Below are positions 23,919-42,400 of a stretch of DNA of 64,000 nucleotides, piece by piece. Where the stretch lies: NCBI GenBank assembly GCA_002269645.1, contig NIVC01000293.1, positions 1-64,000 of the forward strand, written 5' to 3'. Positions within the stretch are counted from its first letter, which is position 1. The number at the start of each line of letters is the position of its first letter. The notes under the pieces were generated by a model, which worked only from the letters and a program-made list of their open reading frames with translations, ran no database searches and had not been told where the DNA came from. Source of the DNA: Macrostomum lignano. Lineage: Eukaryota. Both the position numbers and the translations under genes were made by a program.

Positions 23919-24774
23919 TGTGTTCCTTATTACCAGACTTTCTGTGTAATCAAGGAACAATCACTTCTAGCTCTTTGCTAGGTAACCCAGTTATCAATTA
24001 AAGGTACTGCTTACCTTGACTTAGTGTGAGATATCTCATCTGTTGTTCTCGCGGTACGTCTCATGTAGATCTCGTGTAGATCTCTCCTTGTCTTCCGGAA
24101 GAATTAACAACTTGAATCTGTTGTTCGGGTCCAGCTTCTTCTTCTACTTCCGATGAAGTTGTTCCGGCCGGTATCTGCAGTCAGGACCAATCAGAGGCCT
24201 CGTATCAACAATGGGTATCCTGCGCCGAACTGCGGTTTCACTTAAGCCTTCTCTTTCTAGTAGTGCCTCACTGCACTCTAGGTATTGCTCCGGTAATCTC
24301 TAATAGATCCTCTAAGAACTATTAGGGTAGTCCTTCGGGCGACTACAGCCAATGGAGTCTCAAATGGACTCAAGAGTCTCAACAGACTCTAACACTATCA
24401 AAATAGGGAGTCGACTCAACAACAACTGGCGCAATGAGCAAGGCTTACCGCAACAACTCGACCAAGTCTCGATTGACTAGGTGATTAGGAAGTCCTCTTA
24501 AGGCTTCCTCTTCGGAGCTCTCCTATCGCCGGAAGTTGGCTCCGGGTCCGCTTTGGACCGCTTGTATTTATAGACATTTTTGCCAGCAAAAAATAGCAAC
24601 ATAACTCGCGTGTTGCGTTAAAAATAGTAACATGATTCATTCTGCTGCTATAAATAGTAACATGATTCATCTGCTAAAAATAGTAACATGAATCATCCTT
24701 AAGTGCGCATGCATGCACTAGCTTACTTATAGTAGTATTCTACGATTTATACTTTGCGTAGGAGATATAACACA
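23919..24774 (-). mobile_element. LTR-like insertion (uncertain)
   Basis: Unique to duplicate copy 2. TGTGTT...AACACA termini, TATAAAT at ~24566-24572 on the minus strand, repeated AAAATAG(C/T)AACA motifs. No target-site duplication seen. Confidence 0.4.
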
Positions 24775-24779
24775 CTACA

Positions 24780-25261
24780 TGATGCTTGCCATCTGGGAGA
24801 TGCTATCTGGGGGATGCTTGCTATCTGGGGGATGCTTGCTATCTGGGGGATGCTTGCTATCTGGGGGATGCTTGCTATCTGGGGGATGCTTGCTATCTGG
24901 GTGGATGCTTGTGCTATCTGGGAGATGCTTGCTATCTGGGAGATGCTTGCTATCTGGGGGATGCTTGCTATCTGGGGGATGCTTGCTATCTGGGTGGATG
25001 CTTGCTTTCTTGGGGATGCTTTCTATTTAGGGGGAATGTCTGTTATCTTTGTGAAAGCTTTAATATGTCATCTTTGTCAATTTTAGAAAAAAGAGATTCA
25101 TAGGAAACATCTTTGTCCGTGACAATTTTACTTGATTAATGTGACTTTTAAAACTAAAGAAAAAGGAGTTAGGTCCTGAGAAAATGTGAATTTTAATTTT
25201 TTCCATGAATAATTTTTGCTCCTTGCTTATTGGGCCCCGAAGGAGGGCACTAGATTGCTAG
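24780..25261 (+). mobile_element. 3' part of a Helitron-like element with 18-bp minisatellite
   Basis: (TGGGGGATGCTTGCTATC)n at 24780-25030; hairpin GCCC-CGAAGGA-GGGC at 25234-25248; AGATTGCTAG|T end at 25261. Confidence 0.72.
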
Positions 25262-25509
25262 TCTATCAACTAGCATGGCTTTCCATGATAATATGATAAT
25301 CCATGATAATGATAATACGGCCTTCTAAAACGCTTAGATTTTGCAATTTAATCGCAAGCAATTTATCATGTGAAAGAAAAGCCGCAGTGCAAGGAACTTC
25401 AGGCAGCGCTTATAAACTGCAAATATAAACAGGAAAATGTACGCCCGTACCTAAAACAAGGCATTCTAATTTCGCTTGAAGGCTCATGCAATAAAAAAAT
25501 TATTACCCC

Positions 25510-25781
25510 GGGACCGTAGCCTAGTGATCTAGCGAGGTAGTGTCTGTGGTCAAGGCTCGAATCCAAGTGCAGTCACATTTATTTAAGGCTAAATTGGAAT
25601 CTCAGCTTGGCTCTGCTCATGCAATTAAAGGCCTTGAGGGTCAACCCCAAGGCACAGTGAAGTGTACATTCGGAACGATAAATAAATAAATTTAAGGCAG
25701 CTGTACACTTCTGTACGTGAGAGTGCCTGTGCTTATGATTGTGTAATGCTCAGGGGAGTCGTGGGAATGGGCAGTAATGTC
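25510..25781 (+). mobile_element. tRNA-derived SINE, family 1 (duplicate of 6619-6908)
   Basis: GGGACCGTAGCCTAGTG head, GGCTCGAATCC B-box-like motif; same flanks as the copy at 6619. Confidence 0.72.
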
Positions 25782-25833
25782 TCGCTGGTTGTGTGATGAA
25801 GCTATAACTTTTACCTCACTCGTATTGCACATG

Positions 25834-26803
25834 TGATAAGAGTTTTTTTCATATTCCTTTCCTACTACTGTAGAGAGTTATTAAACCATACCGTAATGCT
25901 CTACTTAAAGTAATATTCTAAGAAAGTCAATTTATTCTAGAATGAGTCATATCTACTTTAGGAATCACGCGCAAACAGAGTGATTTAGAACCCTGCGTGG
26001 GATTAACATTGTTTGATCAAGGAACCGGATTCCAACAGCTGTATTTATTTAACTCCATATATGGTAATGCTCAAACATGCATGACCGCTTAATCAAACAT
26101 GAATGACCTAAGTAAATACCCAATCCCAAACCGGTTTTTCTCCAAAATTTTGCTATAAATATAAGTGAAAATTTGAGTCAAAAATTCAGACTCAGAGCGG
26201 TCTCTAAGAAGAATCTGAAGGAACAAAGAAGGAGACCAATCTCTGAGGGACCACACTTGTCTAATTGGTAAGCGTTTACCGGATTCAGTTCTTTGATTGT
26301 TAGCGTTAATAAGTTGATTAATTGAGTTATACGAGAGCAGTTCATTGTCGATACATTTGAGAAAGGCCTCCTTGTTTCCTAGGATATATTACTAGAGGAT
26401 TTTGATTGAGTTATCCATTACGTTTCGGACGTAACGAAGAAGACGCCCTTAAGGAGGACCTATCACAAAACTTGAAGACTTCAATTGTTCATTAGGGCGC
26501 ACGTTTTATTGTTAATTTCGAGCTCGAGGACCGTCACAAGAATTCTGATTTGCTCTCGTTTTGGTCGACCCACAGATAAAAATTCAAAGACTCCAGAAGA
26601 CTACAGTTGATCACCGAAATCGGCCGTCACTACCGCTCAGCCAAGTTAGACAGAGTCACACACCGCAAGACCCAGACGTCTGCAACCACAAGAGGAGCCG
26701 CTCCAGTAAGAGTTATTTGAATTTGCAAATACCTAGGCACTTGTTCCCCAGTGTCTAGAAGTGGGAGTTTTTAAGTGACTGATCACTACTCATAAACTCT
26801 TCA
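25834..26803. mobile_element. ~970-bp insertion, solo-LTR-like
   Basis: Absent at the matching site of copy 1 (~6972). Termini TGATAAGAGTTT...AAACTCTTCA (TG...CA, imperfect inverted repeat), internal CTATAAATAT. No clear TSD. Confidence 0.45.
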
Positions 26804-29737
26804 CTACTTATTAGTAGCTGATATCTGTTCGCATACCATTTGTACGAGCGTACTACAAAAATCAGAAACGACAGCGAGACAGCTCCCTTATCAGGGCATA
26901 CCCGTAGATATCTGAAATCCTGCATGCAAGCGTCCAAGTTACATTGCAACCAGATGTGTAGCCAGAAGGTTAAGTATACGACAACCCTTCAAATGAAAAA
27001 GTGCTCCAATGGCAGCAGAAACACTCATTGGCAGTAGCTTTTGGCACGCTGAAGATACGGGCTGAGAAAAAACCTGGCTAAGAATACGAGCTAAGCATAC
27101 TCAAGCTATTCAGCCTAAGCCCGGATAAAATGAAGTACGATCGTAGCTTTGTCGTCGAATTGTCAGACCCACCGCGCAATCATTTTAGCCTTCGATCTGA
27201 TTAGTTGTTTACAGTACTTGTTCTTTATTTTGTGCAATTTCACATACTTCTGAAAAAACTGTGAAAAAACTTCATTTCTTCTAAGGATGAACGAATTTGA
27301 CCAAAATTATCAACACAAGATACCATAAAATACTGATTTTTGCGAAATTCATTATCTTTATTTCGAGATGATGTGCAACACTTTATATTCTTTGACCCCC
27401 TGCACGTGGCCTCTATCATACTGCTGTCGCTACCAGTCTTGATTAACCACTGGGTGGCAACGCAGCTCAGGGAGAGGTAAGGATGACTGGTATTTCAGCT
27501 CTGCCGTACTCTGTTCCTCTCCCCCGCCCTCCGCAGGACTCAACCGTATGGGCATCAAGGCGGTGGCCACGGCTAATCTCAAGTCATGGCTAGTCAGTTC
27601 AAGGAAGCATTTAATGTTTAAATGTCTCCTTTAACCCAGATCTCTCCGATATTTTTAAGCACGGGAATTTCTGCCACCTCATCCATGCCTATGGGCTACC
27701 GGGCGACCGATCACCCACTTTCTAGAGAGGGACAGAACTGCGAACGACGGCACCACCGGATCTTCCTGCGCGACATCGTAGCACCAGCTGCCCGTGATTG
27801 CCATGGGTCTGTGGAATGGGCGGCAACACCTCCCATCTGCACCCAGTATACTCCAGGAAGCCTTGCAGCTATGTTGTGTATTGGATAGTCGATGTGTCGG
27901 TTGATTTGGTTTTACTGAGAGCTCAATCCATCTATTCAATAATGCTAAAATGATTTCATTTATGCGCACTGGCTTTGTGTACGTTCTACGTACTCATGGA
28001 CAAAGAAGACAAACGCTATACTGGCAAATCGCGAGGCCGATTTCTGGAAATAAATTTTCGCTACAAAATACAGTATGAGACACTCGCGATTTTCAATATG
28101 AGTTCCAGAAGGTGCGAGACTGCGGTGGATGTTGTGCTAAAAAACTTAAATCTTGAAATCTTGAGTGTAGGTTCCTTCTGCTTTAGTTGCCCGTGCCCCG
28201 ACTAAGTAAGGAAAATGGCAGGTTCATTTAAAGTTACATATGGTTAGAATTGAAGTTCTCCGATTCAGTGTTTATATACATCTATTGAATCGGAAAACTT
28301 ACGAGTAATAACCAATTATATTCGCTTGCAGAAGCCTTCAATATTTACATTCCTGCTAATCCTTGTGATTCGTCTACCGGTGAAGTTCGCTCTACGAGAG
28401 TAGTTATCTTGTTTATGGTTTCCGTTCGGGAAACACTTGATGGACGCTGGCATAGATTGAAAGGCCGTTCTTATTTTAAATACATGCAGATGTATTATTT
28501 CTTACGCGTAACTTCAGCTTAATATTTTTGGAATTTAAGGTCTAAATATATAAATGTAAAGAAAGTTCAACTTGAAATTGCTAAGGTTTAATAAAGTTTA
28601 CAAACTGGTCCGAAAATTGCAAATGACCCGTGAAAACTCAAGCAATTATTTCACTTCATATTATCACTTGGCTGTGTTAATTTAAAAATGTTAGTAACAA
28701 CAGCAAATTTGTTCCTAGTATAGCTTCTATTGATAATATCTGCAATGTTTTTGTAAATGCAACTCAAAAGATTAAATGTTTATTGAAGATCAAGTCTAAT
28801 TCTGGAGATGACCATTTGCTGAGAGGCATCGCCAAATACAGATTCTATTGAAAATATTAAAAGGTTGTTGAATAAAAAATACACAATGGTCGTGCATACT
28901 CTTATTAATTTCCTTTAAGAGCGTAAGCCATGAGAACATGCTGCTGTATTGATGTCACCATGAGAACTTACATGGATTTACACAATTAGGTTCGAAGTTT
29001 TTTACTGCTAACCAAAGCTACCTACATGAAAGTGCTACAAGTAAATAGAAATCGCAAAGAAACATCTGCTAAATATTTAACCTTAAACCACGACTACATT
29101 TACCTAGTAGTGTTTCCGTAGCCATCAGCTTTCTTTTGCCAAAAGATCTGTATCAATGTTAAAGACTTCGCCCAAGCTCGTTGTTATCGTAGTTACTGCT
29201 ATTTTTACAGTTTGGTCATGTGATGAAAGTCTTGTATAATTAAAACTTTGCTAGAAAAGCAAGCAATGAAAGTGTTTTAACAGATTTAATCTCTAAGAGA
29301 AAATTTCTTCTTGCTCTGACCAAAATGTCAGAGTCCAAAAAAAATTTACTCTTATAGTACATGTATAAAAGCTTCATTATATGAATAAACTTTTTAAACG
29401 CTTTAGGTCCAGATTGAAAGTTTATCAACGAGAGCAGTAAATTAAAATCATGCTGGAATGAAAAACGTTTACTTGCCGCTTCTATCCGCACATATTCGTA
29501 GTGCAACCTCCAGCACATTCGGGGAAGGCTGAAAAATGTTAGCGTCTTAAAGGCTGCAGTTGGCTGCTGTCTGGTGATTTTCACTTGCACCCGTCCTTGT
29601 TTATTTAAAACGCGTCACTGAAGCGCATTAGCGGCAGTCCAAACTTAGAAACTTGCTGATTTATTAAACTTTGAACTATTCATTGCAACTTGCAGTTTGT
29701 TGAAAGTATGCTCATATTAAATCATTTTCTGCAACAG

Positions 29738-35313
<5,576 letters not shown>

Positions 35314-35851
35314 TGTAGTACTTGACTTTCAATGCCGATTTTTATTCCATTTTTATCCTTGTCTACCTTTGATTTTGTCAATCAATAATCTACCAGACAC
35401 TACTCAATACTGAGTAGTTAGTTCCTGAGTATAAAAACTGAGTATTGAGTACCTGAATCTACACTGATATTCTCTAAAAATTTGTGAATTGCACTCAGCT
35501 GTAAGCAAATAGAAATTAAGTTTTCTAAAGTCCTACTTAATTGTTCCGATATTGATTGACTATGTGCTTTTTTCATTTTGCTTCTGGTTCACACGCCTTT
35601 TGAAAATGCACTGATTAAAATATTCTTAAAACCTGTGCATATTAGTATCCATATGAAATGCATCTTTTTACACCTCACATGTATATATGTATCTTTTCAA
35701 TCGACGATGTCCCAGGTTCTCAGCTTCTATCCAATATTTCTATAGTAATACGACCTTTGCTCTGGAGTCTAATTATTATTTTAAGATTGACCGGACTTTT
35801 TCACGTAAATACGGATAGGCCCAGTACCCTATTTTTTACCATAAATATGAG

Positions 35852-35971
35852 CTATATACGAGTATATGGAAGTCTGACGCCAAAGAAATCAGACGATTGG
35901 TAAACCACCCAGTCTTTCAGGCTGATATAAAAGCGTGACGGAGTCGAATTTTTCTTTATACTCGTATATAG
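35852..35971. mobile_element. Tiny mariner-like MITE
   Basis: Perfect 15-bp inverted repeat CTATATACGAGTATA / TATACTCGTATATAG, consistent with TA|CGAG...CTCG|TA ends. Confidence 0.5.
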
Positions 35972-36241
35972 TTTAGGTATAATTTGCAATCGAATTTTGT
36001 TAATTGTATTTTCCAATCTAATTAATCTAATCCAACCTAATCAATACTTGCAGTTATAGTAACATTTGTTTTACATGTATCTCATTAACAAAAATTTGAA
36101 ATCATTTAGTTGAAGCGTTACTACATGCTCCTCTGGTCTCTTTGCGCTTCTCTGGGTGCGTGCGTGCTCTGGCATTGTCCTGTGTCCGCCGAAAAGACAA
36201 TCCCTTGGATACTTCGATTCTGCGAAGATTAAGTTAGTACA

Positions 36242-37680
36242 TCTATATACTAGTTGTGAGATGTCTCTGTCTGTCTGTGTGATGAATTTTTTAAAAAAAC
36301 GGCTCAACCGATTTGCGCCATTTGATCACAAATTGTCAGCAATCGGTATGGTTAAAATTATTAGTGTCTACGTCATTTCCAAGTACAGTTAAATTAAAAA
36401 AAGACTGTATTTTTACTATCTAAATAGTGTATTTTTCTGGCAGTCAGAGCTCAAACTTCAATTTTATGTCTGGCCAATTTTTCTGCTTCTGCTGATACTC
36501 AAGTCCAGAGTAGGGAAGAGAGAGCAGTCCTAACCAGAGGTCACATTGCTTAATCCTCACTCTGTCTATCTATCGAAACTATCAAAACCATGGCCCGTCG
36601 TGGAGGTGCTAGCAATCTAAAAAGGAGCCGTGTAGCTAAGCAAAAACGTCAAAGCGAAACGGAAGTCCAGCGCGAGGCCCGGCTGCAAGCTGGTCGCCAG
36701 CGCGAAGCTGAGCGTCTGGCCAAGGAGTCTGACGAAGACACTGAAGCCCGACGGATGCGTTGGAGAAACCCTTCAGAAAAGAGAAGGGCTTCTGAGCCCA
36801 AAAGATTTCAAATGTGCCCGGGACGGTACATGTATTTTTACGTATTAAGCTCTAGCTCATTGCTAGGGGGATTAAATATTCGAAAAACTGTACTTTCCCT
36901 ATCTAATTAGTGTATTTTTCTCGCAGTGAGAGCTCAATATGTCTATGGCCATAGACTAAACTTTAATTTCTTGAGCTGATGCTACGAGCTATAAATAATT
37001 AAATATTCGAAAACATGCCCTTTTGCACAAGGGAGCGATATCAGCCAGTGCACTTTAAAAGTATTGAAGTATTGCGCCACTTTATAGTACAGTATATGCA
37101 AAGGAGAGAGAAATGCTCAGTGGCTGCGTGCTGTTGGGGGGATGCTTGCTGTCTGGGGGATGCTTGCTGTCGAGGGATGCTTGCTGTCTAGATCTGGGGG
37201 ATTGCTTGCTGTCTAGATCTGGGGGATTGCTTGCTGTCTAGATCTGGGGGATTGCTTGCTGTCTAGATCTGGGGGATTGCTTGCTGTCTAGATCTGGGGG
37301 ATTGCTTGCTGTCTAGATCTGGGGGATTGCTTGCTATCTATGGGATGCTTGCTGTTTGGGGGATTGCTTGCTGTCTGGGGGGATGCTTGCTGTCTGGGGG
37401 ATGCTTGCTGTCTGGGGGATGCTTGCTGTTTGGGGGATGCTTGCTGTCTGGGGGGATGCTTGCTGTCTGGGGGATGCTTGCTGTCTGGGGAATGCTTGCT
37501 GTCTGGGGGATGCTTGCTGTCTGGGGCATCGCTTGCTGTCTGGGGCATCGCTTGCTGTCTGGGGGATGCTTGCTGTCTGGGGCATCGCTTGCTATCTGGG
37601 GGATCGCTTGCTACATTACATCATTATTAAAATTATTACATTCTTTTTTTTGCTCCCCAACGGGGGACGTAGATTGCTAG
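36242..37680 (+). mobile_element. Complete non-autonomous Helitron-like element
   Basis: A|TC 5' end (TCTATATACTA...TCTGTCTGTCTG), 3' hairpin TCCCC-AACG-GGGGA, CTAG|T end. Internal 18-bp minisatellite at 37135-37610. ORF 36590-36910 starts with charged ETEVQREARLQ...ESDEDTEARR repeats resembling RepHel N-termini. Confidence 0.85.
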
Positions 37681-39447
37681 TGCCAAACTAAGTTATTTCT
37701 CGTCATAGATACAATCAAATATACGCTCGTACGTCTTCGAGCAGTTGGAAGATTAGATTCGGACATGCTATGTTAGATAGCTCTAATAAAACCTGGTCTT
37801 TGGTATGATCTAAATTGTCAAATAAATAAGCTCGAACGTAAGAAACTATCAGGTTCGTCACATTAAATTCAAATTACTGTCGCACGTATTCAGAGGTTCT
37901 TTCACATTTGCCAGAATTGCAAAACTAATGCGCATATATTGGAGGGCCGAAGGAACCAGCTTGCAGACGAATAGTCTAAGGAACCAATTGTGGGAGAAGA
38001 ATTGGTGCTATATTTACCAATAGGAAAAATATTATAACATTTCTTTCACAATTGAATTTTAAATGACGAGTCCTAAATTGACATAGCTATGAGCCAATCC
38101 TGAAAAAGTAAATAAGGCGATGGAAACAACTGGACAAACTCGATCCAGTGGAAACCCCGCTTCAGGAATTGGAGGCGACAGGGTAGTAAAATAAGTGAAT
38201 TGCCGTTCGGGCAGGTAGCCTTACAGAGCGTTTAAAAAATTGGCTTTTGTCATTATTTTGGCTGGAATTTAAAGGAAGTAGCTTCGACTAATAGTCATTT
38301 AATTTAATATAGTTTAGTCCGGTTCTTTGTCTTAAAGATCACGCACACACGTAGTAGATTGTCCTCATTTTTCAGTAGTTATTCTGATCGAATGGTGCAA
38401 GTTCGAAGAAAATCGGTTGAGCTGTTTTTCTGAAAGCTATCACACACATGCCTGCCTACCGACAAACTATTTTTACTATATGGATTTTTACGAGCGTATT
38501 TTTGGTGAATTCTCTTTCCTCTTACGGATTGGTTTGTGTCAATTACGACTTCCAATGTGTCAATTACGGCTGTTTCAATTCGAATGTTTCTATTGGGATA
38601 TTTCTCCCTCTTAGCTTGGCCAATTACGCCTTTACTCTTTGCTCTTACGCTATTGGCTCTTAGACTAATCGTCTCGTGCTCTTGGCTTTCTCTCTTCCTG
38701 TCCAATGAGCATTCGCTCTTAGCTTCTGGCAAATAAGGAAAGACTTAAACAAACTCTGCTTATTCAGTTTCTTTATCAGAAAAGTGGGTTTGAACCAAAA
38801 TTCGGTGGGCCACTAGGGCGCAAAACGGCTTGTATTTATGGCAAAAATGGGGTTGGGGGATCGGGCGCATTCAAACCAAAGTCTTGATAATTTCGTTTCC
38901 TAAGGGTTCTGGCAAAAATTCAAAACTACTTGCCTCTCTCAATAGTTTACAAAATTCTGGAAAATTTGTTTCTAGAAACGTTGTACATACTCAACAACAT
39001 TAAAAAAGTCGCCACCTTTGAGAGTGCGCAGTAAATTCTAGCTCAGTATTGACTTTTGAGTGGCTAATTAAAAAAAATTCCGGTATCGAATTCGTCAAGT
39101 ATCGACTAACATACAGCAAAGTTTTTACATCAATTTCTGATTAATATTCTAGGCGGCACAGAAAGTATATTTAGGCTGCGGGTCCTCTAATACCTATTGA
39201 ACACCTATAGTTTATAAGTAATGATAATAATAATATTATTAATTTACTATAAAATACGAGCTAATATGAATAGTAAACTTTATTTTAACTGTTTCATGAA
39301 CCTCGAAGTTCTAATACAGAAATTATTTTCTTGAAACTGAACTAACTGGTACGTTGTTTACCAAAAATTTGCGCCTATATTTGCACGAAGTTGCCTCTGC
39401 TTCACCACGGGAAGTGTGGCAGAACATTTTCTAAAGCGCGCTACAGC

Positions 39448-42400
39448 ATGAACTTTCAAATCGTCACTAAGATAGTGTCGGTAATTGCTATCCTTTTCTC
39501 CAAAACTGTCCGGGTCACTGGTAAGTTGTCATAAAACATATCGTCTATGCGTACTTTTTTAGCATTTGCGACTCTTTGACTTTAAGTTAAACTCTAATAA
39601 TTTTAATTGAATAGTAGGCTATGCTCAACAATTAAATAAAGCTCGATTACTATACTATTATTGTAGATTGATTCATATAATTAAATCGACATTTGCGAAA
39701 ATATTTGAGCTACCGGGATACTAATTTATTTGTGCCACATATTTAACAGCGTCATGAGCTTCTAGTTCAGTCAGAAAAGCAAATTAATATTGAACTTATT
39801 GTTTAGTTTATAGCTAGGCTAGCTATTAAACGGGCCTCATAGTTTTGTAGTAACTGTACACATCACGAAAATCATATAGCGGACTAAAGAATTTTTAATT
39901 TATAGATTTAATTATTTATTAAGATTACCACAATACTAATCACATCCATATTTGATGTTTCTCCTTGCTTAATCTTTTAACTTTTTGTGACAGAAAAAAT
40001 ACCTTTGAATTCCCTTCAGGTACCTGTCCGAGCAGAGAATTATTTTCATCAACCGGGGTTGTAGCCTGCCCAGACAGCGCGAACTCCAGTAGTCTGTACT
40101 CGAGCAACCTGGACGCTCGCTGGGTGATACGAACACCTGGAATTAAGGTTTTTCGCTTTTTAAAATTAGACCTAGAAGAATGCTGCGACAAAATTCGTAT
40201 ATATGATGGTACCGACATTAATATAACAGACTATGAACGGTTCAGGCTTTCACACAGAGCTGACGCTAGCTCGGAGTTCTGGGTGACAGGGACAACTATT
40301 ATTCGCTTTACATCTGACAGATCGATTGTGAGGACTGGCTTTCGACTTCAGTTCGATACGACGCTTCTAGAGAGTTCAAAGCTAAGAGGTTGGACACATT
40401 AACCCTTAATAAATAGATTGTATTTCATACCTAGTTGGCTCTTCTCACTGTGCTAATGATATATACATGTACATGCAACATGCTAGCTAAGTTGATAACA
40501 TCAATTTAATATCACCCCTAATCCCCGTTTTATATTATTACTCGATTTGCCAGCTGCTACAGAGCTCATTAAGCAACGGAGTGGATATCGGAAAAGCCAT
40601 ACAAGCTTTGGGGCACAGTTATATCCAAATGACTTTAAACTAAGTTGGAGTATCAACATTCCAAGTGGATATTATTTGACGTTAAAGTTCCTTAAATTTG
40701 AAACCCAATCCAGCTACGACTATCTCAGATTGTATTCTGGCACTGTACCAAACGTATCAAGCTATGTTTTGAACGAATTTTCGGGAAATCGAACAATCAA
40801 AACACTAAAGCTTCGGCACAGCGTAACTCTCGTCTTTACGACTAACAGCTGGTCAACTAGCACAGGATTTATTTTTGAGTTTACTGTCATCGAAGAAAGT
40901 GAGCATTTGATTCTTTGTTTATGCAGTAGGTGTATTAGCAAAAAAATCAATTAATTCTTCCACATAAATGCAGGCTTCTATAAGAATATTTCTACTAAAC
41001 AGCCTTGGTAGAAATACGCTCGTATTAGTCTGAATTTTTTGCATGGTATTTAGAAAGCTTTGTGCCTACGAAAAATTTATAGCCTCACATTTATACGGGA
41101 ATATGGATTTTCATTTGCACATCTTTAGAAAATAAAATATAGAACGCATAAACATAGAAATATAGAATATAGAAATATAGAATAAAATATCTCTACATAT
41201 AAAATCAAAACTTAGAATATAGAAAATAGTTTTAAACAGCAGTCGCTCTATAGGTGAGACAACAATAGAACCATAAAAATATTTAATTTATTTTTTTCAA
41301 CCAAGTAGGTGCTTGAAAATATACTCGTACAATTGTATTCTACTCGACACAGCGCCCAGCTCCTGAAATTTTCAGACTCGTGTTCTGAAAAACTGCTATT
41401 ATCCGATCAAGAAGGTACCGTGATCAGTGGCAGTACTGAAAATAATAATAAATCATTATCAGTAATAAACCAAACCGACAATCTAAAAATAGACCGGTGC
41501 TGGTTAATTAATTCCAGTCTGAGCGAAATTGCAATCATTCACTTCCATAGTCTGGTCTTGGAGCCATACTGCGGTTTCATTTACATTTATGGGAACACAG
41601 ATGTTCCATTGGAAGACAGGATGCTGTATCGACTTACAAGTGCAAGTAACGCTGCAGAGTCTGAGTTTCAGCTCCATAGTGCGACGCTTATCCGATTCAA
41701 AGCAAACGCAACTGGATACAAGAAAGCTTCGCTTGAGTTTTCATTCAGAAGGCAAAGCATAAGAAGAATATTGTTTCTGAATGGTAAGTACAGGAGCGAA
41801 GTTGAACAATTTGTTTTGATTAGGTCTGCTCCACGTTATTATAATGTCACGATATAACAACATAAACATATCTATAGAGATGTATATTTATTTATTTAGC
41901 ATTTTTATCACAGAAACTGACTCGAAAAAAATATTTTTAAAAGTTGATTGCAAGTTAGAACATGAAGCACTGGCTGTAAAAATATTAAACATTATTGTGT
42001 GCTAACATGCTGACATAGGTGTGTGTGTAATTTATTAGATTTCATTAATTTTCCTTCCATTTTGGCAAAAGTAGAAACAATGAACTTTTCGGTGTTGAAT
42101 AAAGGCCTTTTAAAGACTACATCATTGCTAGGTTAAATACGAAATATTTTTTATTAAAATTGTTTACTTTTCTGTTATTTTAACTAATTTTCTAGTATTT
42201 TTCTACCAATCCTTTATTTTAGGTAATAGAGGTGAATCCAGGGAATATATAAAATCGCGTAGAGGCTTCAGAAAGAGTCCGGCTGCATTTGGAACATTTG
42301 GATTTGATCAAATGATTCAAATTTGGAATATTGAAGCGACGCAAAATCAAGTTGTTAATGTTCGAATTAGCAATTTTTCAAGACAATTCGATGAGCATGA

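Larger units (their letters stand above)
15688..28020 (+). repeat. Segmental duplication, copy 2 (gene A2 plus downstream), expanded by insertions
   Basis: Colinear with 1-9392; extra sequence at 17441-19870, 23881-25261 and 25834-26803. Confidence 0.9.

Noticed and set aside
24754-25103. Hydrophobic repeat ORFs (GMLAIW)n and similar at 19134-19452 and 37288-37691
   Set aside because: Translations of an 18-bp minisatellite that is open in several frames and on both strands.
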